NCBI RefSeq assembly: GCF_009914755.1
Contig: NC_060926.1
Source: the human T2T-CHM13v2.0 reference genome, Homo sapiens
DNA: 64,000 nt
Reading direction: 5' to 3' (one strand)
Shown one piece after another: positions 42,779-54,476 of the stretch. Each line of letters starts with the position of its first letter. Positions within the stretch are counted from its first letter, which is position 1. The position numbers were made by a program, and so were the translations under genes. The notes under the pieces are model-generated. The model worked only from the letters and a program-made list of their open reading frames with translations. It did no database searches and was not told where the DNA came from.

Positions 42779-43143
42779 TGGGTGAGGACAGGAATGGTCA
42801 CGTTGATGTGTTCTTCTGGTATAGAAGGCATGTATTAGATTTTTATTGCTACTGTAACAAATTTACCACAAACTCAGTGGCTTGAAATAAATGAATTATC
42901 TTCAGTTCTGTAGCTCAGAAATCTGGTGCAAATTTCACTGAGTTCTAGTATCAGCAGGACTGTATTCTTTCCAGAAGCTCTAGGCACATTCTGTTTTATT
43001 ATCTTTTCAAGTTTCTAGAGGTTGCCCTTGGCTCGTGGCCCACTTTCACCATCTTCAATAGTAGCACAGACGAGTTAAGTCCTTGTCACTCACTCCTACT
43101 TTTTCTTCTGCCTCTCTCTTCCACTTTTCGAGCCTTTGTGATT

Positions 43144-43690
<547 letters not shown>

Positions 43691-44259
43691 TTACATTAGG
43701 CTCACCTGGGTAATACAGGATACGCTCCCTATTTTAAAGTCAGCTGATTAGCAATTTTAACTCCATCTGCTCCTTTAATTCTCCCTTTCAAATGAAGTAA
43801 CATATCCTTTGGTTCAGGGGATTAAGACGTGGACATTTCTGGAGGGTGATAAGTCTGCCCACCCCAAGCCTGGGAATTGAGTTTTAAGGAGAACCATTGT
43901 AGATCCTTTTCTGGTGTCTTCTGAGACTGTCATCTTTTCTGTATTGGATGCAAGATAAATATAATGTTAGAGCTAGGTATATCTATGTTTAAACCCATGT
44001 TCTACCAGATACTAGCTGCATAACTACTTAAGAGACTTATGTTTTTAAGAACACTGGTGGGGAGTAAGAATACAAATATGTTATATCTGCACAATTCTAA
44101 CAATATGATGATAAAGATGATAAAGCAAACACCCTTCCATCTTCTCCATGTTTATTCCAGCTGTGAATCTATCTCCAATCCTCCCACCTGGTTTTAGTCA
44201 CTATTTTCGCAGCCTGGCTGATCTAATTTTCTAGTTACAGCCAGTATAAGATTCAGAAT

Positions 44260-44960
44260 TTTATTCATTCATTGACTTAAAATATTAATTGCATTATCTC
44301 CTATGTGCTAAGTACTGTGCTATGTGCTGGAATCCAAGAGCAAATCCAATGAAGTGAGCATAGCTCTTGCACTCAAAAGCTGTGGTTGAATAGGGAAGGT
44401 GGATTTTGTTACGAGAAGAGAAATTCAGGTTATTTATGAGCTGAAAATAAAAAACTAATCTAGTCTGGAAGGTCAGGAAGAATTTCCTTTGCAAGTGAAA
44501 TTTAAGCAGCAATCTTTGCACATTTTTAACAGGATATCTATCAGAATTTTGAGTGGGACAACTCCTCCTGATAAGGAAATGCCCTGAGCTCTGCAGGACA
44601 TTTAGCCTACCCGGACCCTGCTGCCCACTAAATGCAGAAACACCTTGCCATCACTGCAACCACCAGAAACTTCCCTACGCAACTCCAAAAGCTTCGTATA
44701 GAACAAGAGCAAACCTGGCTGAAAGGAAAACGGAGGAACAGTTGCCTCCAGAAGAGAGAACAAAATGAGCACAGGAAAAGGGATGGTAAGCAATGTTTCT
44801 TTTGGGTGACCCTAGGTCTGAATAGGAGGCATGTCACAGAAGGAGAGGCATTAGAGGAGAATCCAAAGATCAAGCTGGTATACAGTGACCCTGTGAAGGA
44901 TGCAAAGCTTTAAAGGTGTTTAAGCAGAGAGTAAAAGGATCAAATTTGTGTCTTATCTAT
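44260..44960 (-). mobile_element. L2 3' fragment with a nested MER20-like hAT element (~44525-44720)
   Basis: ttattcattcattg...tatgtgctaagtactgtgcta; gcaggacatttagc...cccactaaatgc. Confidence 0.65.
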
Positions 44961-47900
44961 AATGCACCTTCATCCTAAAGTATGGTTCCAATTTGGGAAT
45001 ATGATGCTAATAGCTCCTGTCACTTCCATGTTTTTTTTGCTAATTTTTATTTTAAATGTATATTTCTGCTACATCCTCTTGGTGATAAGGGCCTGGACAA
45101 CTCCATCTGAGAACTACACAACATACTGCCCTCTTCAACAATAACAGTTGCTTAGAATTAAAAGATTACCATCTAATTCTTCTCTCCTTCACTTTTTGCT
45201 TCTAAACATTTTGTCCTTCACTATTGATAGTCATGTTCACTACCCTACCAATCACAGAGAAAAAAAAGACAACGAAGCTTAACTTAATGTCTTTCAAGCA
45301 TTGCATTCACAATTCCAAGTCTTAAAATTAATATCTGGACATTCGTCAGGATGGGGGAGATAAGGAGTTATGTGTCGAGACGTGTAAAATTAGCGATCAG
45401 ATATAAAGTTAACTTCTAACTGAAATTGTGATAGATTCTAGTACTATGTTTATAAAAACTGAAGGAACTGGGGCAGTAAGTACTATGAAGTGGTGAGTAT
45501 TACATTTTTGTCAGTAGTTTATGGTTTCTGGCAGTTCATACTTTCTTCTCTTCTCTTGAATGCCTGAGTAAGATAATACTTTGTTTTAGATTTTTCCCTA
45601 TAATTTCATGTCGTTTTCACTGAATTTTCTACCTGAAAAATGCTCATTTTCAGTTTTCTGAAAATGCTGTCACCTCTTAGATTGAATTCTTATAGCAATG
45701 TCACTAACTGGAAAGAGCAACACCAGTGTTTTTTAAATGTTTAATTTTTTAATAAAATCCACAGGTGTGGAACTCTTTGTATGTTTAGAGAAAAAAAAAG
45801 CAACAGTACATGACACAAAAAGGCATTTATCTTTCAAATGGAAAAGAAACACAATGCATAGGTGAAATACTGTAAAATCTTCAAACCAACTTTCCACATG
45901 GAAATCAATGAAATTGACAATCTTTGAAAGACTATCAATAGCTATGTTTTCTTAGTATGTAGGAAGAAGTCTAGGTCCCAAATTCATAAGAAACTTCTGA
46001 ATCAGAAATTTCATTTGGTGTTGAGATGGCATAAGAAATAGGAAGTGTTTTCCAGCCCTAAACGATTGATAACTTATGGCCAAGTATATAATTCTTTTTA
46101 AATCTAATTTATGAAAGACCTGATGCCATAGTTATTTGCCCATATTTCCACCATCATAGATGATGACTTGTAGTGTAGAATCTAAATTGTTGTACTGAGT
46201 AACAAATTAGTGGTTGAATATGGAAAAAGATAAATAAAAAGATTGTAATATAAGAAGAAAATTAATAGACTAATGCAGAGAAGTCTACATCAGAATGGGA
46301 GTAAGAAACTGTTTCACCTTTCTTGTCACAAAAGAAAAAGAGATTTCTTGGCACATAACTTTATATGGTGTCTCAAATATTATATGAAGACAATTTAGAA
46401 GAAGCTCAATAAAAGAAAACAAAAATGGTAGACAGCATTGATATTTTAATTTAGTTACCAATGTTTTCCACGTGTTCCAAAATTTAAAAATTATTTCTAT
46501 GGACTCAAAAGACTCTCTAAAATGTTATGTCATATAACAATCCCTATAAGATATTTTCTCTAAATATCTACCTGTAATGGTTCATGATTTCTACATTTAA
46601 GGCATAATTGAATAAACATTATTTTACTTTCACCTTTGTCTCTATTTTTATTTAACCTTAAAATTTACATACTGGAAGCTCAATTAAAAACAGTATATTA
46701 TGCCAAAATAAGTCAATATATTTGTAAAGTACAAGATTTTAAAAATCACTTTCTAAACAAATATCTAAAGGTCTTTAGTCTATTTTAGCAAAAATAAGAA
46801 AACTATTGCACAATTGTTTGATAGGTTTAATGAGTAGCATGATTTTAATTGCCAAAACTTAAGTGTAGAATTCTAGTACCAGCAATTTTGATAAGCTAAA
46901 ATTCTGTTTGAATCAATATTGCATTTTAAATAGACAAGACAATATCAGCAATGGAATAGGGAGTCCCTCATATCACTGCTCTGAATGCAAACTATACAAA
47001 AGACCATAATTAAACAATTTGGTTGTCATTAGTCATGCAGATTTTAGATTTAGAGTTTCTCGCTTTGACAATTCTAAGCCTTGAACACTGAAAATGTACT
47101 AAGTCAAAGTACAAGTTAAAGTGATAGTACCAAAATGCAATTTCTTCTTTATTCAATGAAAAAGCAGTCATTTTAGTCAGTTAGATAATGATTTTTAAAA
47201 GAAAGAAAGAAAGAAACTTGGTTAATGATTATTTAGTGGCTCTAAATAAACACAACTCAAAATTAATTTTGCATGTACATATTTTCATATATCCTTCTAT
47301 CAATTCATGAAGATCTACTGTTGGATGACTCTATCACCCTTTTCTGAAATAAAATGACAGATTGATCTCTGAGACCAACTGATACAGTGAGTCAGTAACT
47401 TTGCCCTAAAGTATCAAATAAACACAAAATCACTTTTCAAATTTCTTAAAGACATATGCATAAATCCACCAGCATACATCTTCATACATTCAAGTAACTA
47501 CAGGAAACTAGAAAAATGCAAACAAAACAAAATAAGCAAAACATCCTTCTAAGGAGAAGAAAATCTAAAATAGGTTGTAATGAGAGACATAATTTTCCCG
47601 GTACTGATGTTCATCCACTCATTAGGCTAAAACACAAATCATCTGCTGACTGCTAATGTTTAATTTGCATCTATGCTAATTAATTTTGAGAGCTGTTATT
47701 TGCTTTGATAGGATTACTTGTTCCGCTAGAGAACAACCTCACCAAAAAGCTGTAATTTCTAAATCTTCAATGGATCTTAGAAACAGATTTCTAGCTCATC
47801 CAAATAATGTAAAGATGGCTTCCTTTTTGAAAGTTATTCTCTGCTATATGTTCTTTGCATTATTGTGCTCTTACACTAATGCACTGTAAAGCCATGTATT

Positions 47901-48736
47901 ACTTCAAGAAGTAAGAAAATATACAAAGAACAATATTTAAATACACAAACATCATTAAATACAATCAAATGGAGGAAAGCAGAAGGAATTTTTACCTCTA
48001 AACAAAGTTTGATGTAATTTTCTTTAAAAAAATATCAAACAGGGACATCAAATTTACTCAGGTACTGAATTTTTAAAAATAGTGTGTAAATACAGCATTA
48101 GAGATATAAATCTTAGAAAATCTCTATTTTGCATAGTGTAGGATTCTTTCAGCTGTTATTATAGAAAAGCAAATATATTAATATTTTCATTTGAGATCTG
48201 CAAATATACTAAGCAATTACAATGGCCTGTAAAATTCATATTCATATTTCTCATTTTTATCCAAATGTTAAATCTGATTTTTAAATTATGACAATTAAGA
48301 TAAAGCATACAAACAGTGTGGTGCTGAAACACTAAACAGGAACTAGTAGCACACACAGCTAAAAAAAATGTAAGGGTGTAAATATCAAGCTGAATAGCAT
48401 TGCAATTAACGTCTGACTTAGGTAATTACATCCCATGTTTGACATAATGCATAATTCTTGACCCATTTTACTAAGGGCTATTATGTACTATGGACTATTC
48501 TGTACTCTCAGGAGAAGTGAACTGTGAACTGGTTAATTTAAAGCCAAAACTCTCCAATAAGTTTGATATGCTGTTAATATTTTTATCACGTAAACATTTT
48601 TTCTTATAGAAATATCATTTAAGCAAAAAGAAGCACAATAAAGTATAATTATTTATTATCATATTAATCATCTCATTGCTTTTCCAAATCTAATCACAGA
48701 GAAAGAAGTATCAGTCTTATTTCTCTCTCTGCTTAC

Positions 48737-48814
48737 CTGAGGGAAATTTTATTTGTGGCAGTATCCCGGCAAATGGCTTTCTTAGTTACCTTTCTGCATA
48801 TCTGAACCACATAT
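48737..48814 (-). other. Candidate internal exon (78 nt) of an unidentified - strand transcript
   Basis: Acceptor ttcttttacgcattctgtatgtgctgtttag|A; donor CAG|GTAAGC; one open frame, phase 2-2. Confidence 0.45.
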
Positions 48815-49909
48815 CTAAACAGCACATACAGAATGCGTAAAAGAAACCATGTAATATGACAGTAAAGTGACTTCTCCAGAAGTTACCTTACTTTAATAAC
48901 ATGTGCAAGTACAAAAAATCATTCGTCTTTCAACAAGTTGTTAGCTGAGGTAGGCACATTTTATTTTTCGAGAGAAAATCTTTCTAAAGGAAACTAGCCC
49001 ACAAAGGCGGATAGCACCAACAATTAGTCACGTTAATAGTCAAATCTTTTGGGGGGAAATAAAAAGCAAAGAGCATACTCACATTCCTTTCAGGCGCTGC
49101 CACATTTTTTCAGTCTGTTCTCCTGTAAGATACTTAAAAGTGGTGTTTTCCAATTCTTCAATCTCTGTGGCACTAGACCCCATGATGATGCTCCTAAGAC
49201 AATACAGTTACAGTCAGTTTCAGCAGCTAGAACAAGCATTCCTCAGTCCATTACAAATCTTACACACTTATACAGTAGCCTCTCTTATCTATCAAAACAG
49301 TGCTGATGTACAAAGCTGAGGGAAGACTCTGACAGATTTGCTATTGACTTTGACAGGCATATATCCACTGCTCACCACCTCACCACCCCCCTAAGCAGAC
49401 AGCAGTATAAACAGATGCTCTGACCTCACAAGAACAATCCGTACATGTGAGCCTGCTACTGTACTACTGACCGACTGAGTACTCAAGCTCTCCCCAAAAG
49501 CAGCTCATCTGTTACTGTTCTGTGCACTGAAGCACATCAGAATTCCTACAGTTTACGAGCTCTATTATGCACAAGAGAAACGTGAATGACTTTCGCGCTC
49601 CAGAAGAAGCTGAATTCCTCTCTACCAACAGAACAAGGGCAGGATGTAATAAGGAAACAGATGGTAGGAGCCAGTATCAGCAGCACCACCACGAGAAAAA
49701 AAAGTGCCTGTTTAAATGCCAAGGTTTTTTTCTCTAAATTGATCTGAAACTAACACTTAAAAATGTATCATCATCTAACAATAAATGCAACAAATATTAA
49801 TGATAACAAAGAGAAAATAACATCTAAAGCCATACAGAAGAACACAGCTCCACAGGTTGTTATTGCAAGAATATGTACATCAACTGATGCTGTAAGCATG
49901 CTTATTCAC

Positions 49910-49995
49910 CTTCTCCTAGCAACTCCACACAGTAGGTAACTGCCAATTTAACCAGTGGAAAATACGGCAGCTGCACACAGCCTGCTCTATGAATC
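49910..49995 (-). other. Candidate exon (86 nt)
   Basis: Acceptor tttcattttatttatttttaatccccaaag|G; donor AAG|GTGAAT. Confidence 0.3.
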
Positions 49996-50439
49996 CTTTG
50001 GGGATTAAAAAATAAATAAAATGAAACTAGTGTAAATGCACTTGTGTGTGTGTGTGTTTTTTGAAGGAAAAGGGAATAGATTTGTGTGTGTGTGTTTATG
50101 AGAGAGAGAAGGAGAAAGGGAGAGAGGGACAAGAGAGAAACTGATGGTTTGCGGCTTGTGCATTTTAGAAGAGAAATGAGAGAGAGTGGACATAAAAGGA
50201 ATCAGAACTGAGTCGTCTGCCAAGCTCCTAACACATGGCGAGCTTTCTTTGAAACAAGCACAGACCTTAAGTATGAGCACCATAACAGCTCTTGCTATCT
50301 GCAAGCTGCTATAGAAAATATACTTATAAACAATATTTCTTCTTGTTTGTTTGAAAACCCAGATGTAGTTTTATTTCTTCTTGCAAGAAAACTTGCCTGT
50401 TACTATGAGTTTTAAGGTAGAGACATTCAAAGATTGGTA

Positions 50440-50590
50440 ATAACATCCAATATTTGTTGAATATTTCTGATGTTTCAGACAATGTTCTCAGTACCTATTA
50501 CATATTACCTTTTTAAATTCTTACAAGATGCCTGTGAGATAGGCAATACTCCTGTTCAACAGTTGAGAAAACTGAGAAACAGAGACATTC
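50440..50590 (-). mobile_element. MIR
   Basis: cctgtgagataggc...acagttgagaaaactgag. Confidence 0.7.
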
Positions 50591-51804
50591 TCCAGATTTA
50601 AAGCTAATTCTTAAAAATGGGAACTATTATTAACAATTAGTCTTCCAATGTAAAATTACTATGTCTATCCAAATGACACTGATGCTATCTAGTAGTCAGT
50701 TATAATGTGTACGTAAAAAGGACCTTTGCAAAATGTTATAGAAAATGGCTTCTGATTTGCAAATTATAAGAGGGTAAATCAAGTGAGGCTTCCATTTTCC
50801 TTTCTCAGACAAGATATTTCCAGAATTCAATCTGAATGTAATGTCTTTAGCTAGCAGACAGCTTTGTGAAATTAAAACTTCATTCCTATAAGCATTTACC
50901 AGAGTTGTCAGAAATAAGTGAATCTTTGCCCTGAAAGTACCAATTTTACCCTCACTGTGCCTTCATTTGTAATCTTAGCTATATTCATGTAATAAACTGT
51001 TACCTGATATTTCTTTAATGAAACAGTCAACAAACATCTATGTTCTGCTTTCAAAGAAATATTGCAGCCAAAAATCTCCATAGATAGCAAGTACTCTATA
51101 ATTATTATTTTATGAATCAAGATACCTAAGTCCTTGAGGCTATACAGATGATTTTCTAAATATGACATGAAATGTCAAGACCTCACATTGACCAGCTTAC
51201 CAATAACATTGCAAAGTAAATAAAGAATGAGAACTATTCTACTTAAGTATATGTCTAAGAATCTTGTTTCAATACTACAATTCATTTGCCCTTTGCTTTC
51301 ACTATGTAACTTCTATCACACATTGATATTTAAGACCTCAAGGTATACTAATTCGGTCACTTACTAGAAAAAAATCCTTAATCATTTCATTAAATGTTTC
51401 ATAAAATAAAATTTTGAATAATAAACTAGATAAAATAGCTTATTATTTAAATCCTTGACCAAGATAATCTTCATCCTTAGGAAGTATCAAAAAGTTACTT
51501 CTGTTAACATAGAGAATTCAAATCATTTTTCTTTGTTAGTTTACAAAAAAATTCAATATAAGTTCTGCAAGGGAAAATTGAGAAAATAGTCATAAAAATA
51601 CAGTAAAAAATGATCCAATTTGTATGTCCCTCATTTCTCATAGTTTCCATTTATTTTGCTTTAACTCTACAGTCAGGTAAATTATCTCTATTAGAACAAG
51701 TAGTTCCTTCATTCCTGTTTACCTAATATTTTATTAGGAATGGTGACAAAAATGTATAGAATGAATTTAGTATCTACTATTGCCAAAATGTAATATAACA
51801 TATA

Positions 51805-52030
51805 CTCTAAATCTAGACTACCTGGGTTTGAATCCTTATTCTTTCACTGAAAGAATTATGTGATTTTTTACAAGTTACAATTTTTGTCTGTTTCTTCATG
51901 TATAAAATGAGCATAATAATAACATCTCCTCATAGTGTTCATGCACTGAATGAGTTAATACAAGTAAAGAAATTAAAACAGTTATCTGGCACATAATAAT
52001 TGCTTAATAATTATTAGTTCTTATTATTAT
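51805..52030 (+). mobile_element. MIR
   Basis: cctgggtttgaatcc...tttcttcatgtataaaatgag...tggcacataataattgcttaataa. Confidence 0.8.
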
Positions 52031-52242
52031 TGATAATATTACTTGATTTTTTTCCTTTTCATTATAGTGTAATTATTCAATAGATTTTAGTGACAATTAT
52101 TTCCCAAATCATTTGTAATCATTGTTTTTATGCATTGCTGGTGTTCCTTTTGTTTAGAAACTACATCCTTATTTATAAGCAAAATTGTTCTAAGTATTTG
52201 TGTCACTAGGTTTATTGGTTTTCATATTAAGGTTATATTGGC

Positions 52243-52560
52243 TGATGTAGTTTGGATCTGTGCCCACTCAAATCTCATGTTAAAATATAAGCCCCAGTTC
52301 TAGAGGTGGGGCCTGGTGGGAGGTGATTGGATCATGGGGGTGATTTCTAGTGGTTTAGCACCATCCTCCTGCTGTGGTCATGTAAGATGTGCCTGCTTCT
52401 CCTTCACCTTCCGCCAAGATTGAAAGTTTCCTGAGGCCTCCCCAGAAGCAGCTATGCTTCCTTTACAGCCTGCAGAACCATGAGCCAATTAAACCTCTTT
52501 TCTTTATAAGTTACCCAGTCTCAGATATTTCTTTATAGCAATGTAAGAATGACTAATACA
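52243..52560 (+). mobile_element. MSTA-like MaLR solo LTR (internally deleted)
   Basis: TG...CA termini (tgatgtagtttgg ... gactaataca); perfect 5-bp TSD ttggc. Confidence 0.92.
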
Positions 52561-53991
52561 TTGGCACCATGTAACAAATGGTAAAGAAAATAATTTTAAT
52601 TCTTTAGCCAGTAAGCCATCACTCAATGACAAAGATAAATGATGACACATTCAGAACACCAAATTCAGAAAGCATACCATTCAAATACTCGTTAAAAATA
52701 ATTACATGAGTTAATATACCTGAAAAAAGAAAAAAAAGTAATTAATGAGAAAAATCAGAAACATAGCAATGGAAAATCATAAACAAAATCCCAAGTTAGC
52801 ATCTGTGAAGAAGGGCTAGGAAGAAATCAATTCAGGTGAGAACAAGAAATCATAGGGATCAAAAATATGGCTTCAAGAAAAAGTGGATTAAATTCATCAA
52901 GAATATTTAAAAACAAAATACTGTTTTATTGATAATAAAAGTACATTATGTTTTCACTGACAAGAAAATAATTTAGAAAATATCTTAATTTCTGAACAAT
53001 ATCGCAGACTAAGGTACTCTTAAAACTTCCAGACCAAAAATAATTTTCAAATATTGGAAAAATTCCAATAAATATTATTTTGAATGCATAACTGAACCTA
53101 TATAAAATGAAGTCCAAAATGAACAGGGACAAAAAAATTAGAATTGTAAGGACATTTATCAAACATAGTAATCTACAGCCTTGTATTATAATCAGTATAT
53201 AGGAAACAGAAAATAAGGGTTTGGGTCTGTACAGTATGAAGACTTGAAACCAAGGTCCTCCCAGAAAGATAGAAACCATAAAAGGCTACCCATGTAGTCA
53301 ATTTGTGGACAAGAAAGCGTTAAGTGTGGCCAAGAGATACCTGAAAAAATGTTCTCTCTCAGCTTAGTCTCTAGGAGAGGAAAAACAAAATAAAAGCATT
53401 CTTTGATAGATTTTAACAATGGAACTGCCATCTATGAGTTTGATTAAACTTAAACTACCAGCTTTGTCTGAGAAACAGCAAAACTTAAAATGATCTTGGG
53501 TTAGTGGCATCCAAGGTTACCTAGAATAAGGAAAGCAAATTTCTTTGGAGGAATGAATCCTGAAACACACCTCTTAAAATTCTTACAGATAAATCTAGTC
53601 AAATATGAGCTTACAATTCAAAATTATAAAACACATAGTTAATCAAGTCATCACTAGTAAGAGTCACTAGACAAAAACTAATAGAACCACACCCTCATTT
53701 GTTTATGAATATCTGTTGCTATGTTTCTGATTTTTCTCATTAGTTACTTTTTTTTCTTTTTTCAGGTATTGTAATTACCTAATAAGTTATAACAATGTTT
53801 AAATTTTAAATAAATAGAAAAAATTATTGGTCAAAACATGACCAATAAAAGATATTCTATTTTTTTAAAGGACCATTCAGGAAAAGGAAGTAAAAAGAAT
53901 TTTTTTAATTAAAAAAGAACCATTGAAATTACATATTCAATGTACAAGGTAAGAACAGAAAGAGAATTAGCTAATAAGAAAAATATGAAGA

Positions 53992-54374
<383 letters not shown>

Positions 54375-54476
54375 CTGAAGAAATTGCCCAAAATGTACAG
54401 ATAGACACAGAAGTGAGATTATGAAAAAATAACTTAGACGTCAAGAAAGACAAAAAAAGTTCCTAATGTACATGTC

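Noticed and set aside
48997-49020. REST/RE1-like CGGATAGCACC
   Set aside because: Only an imperfect right half-site; the left half is absent.
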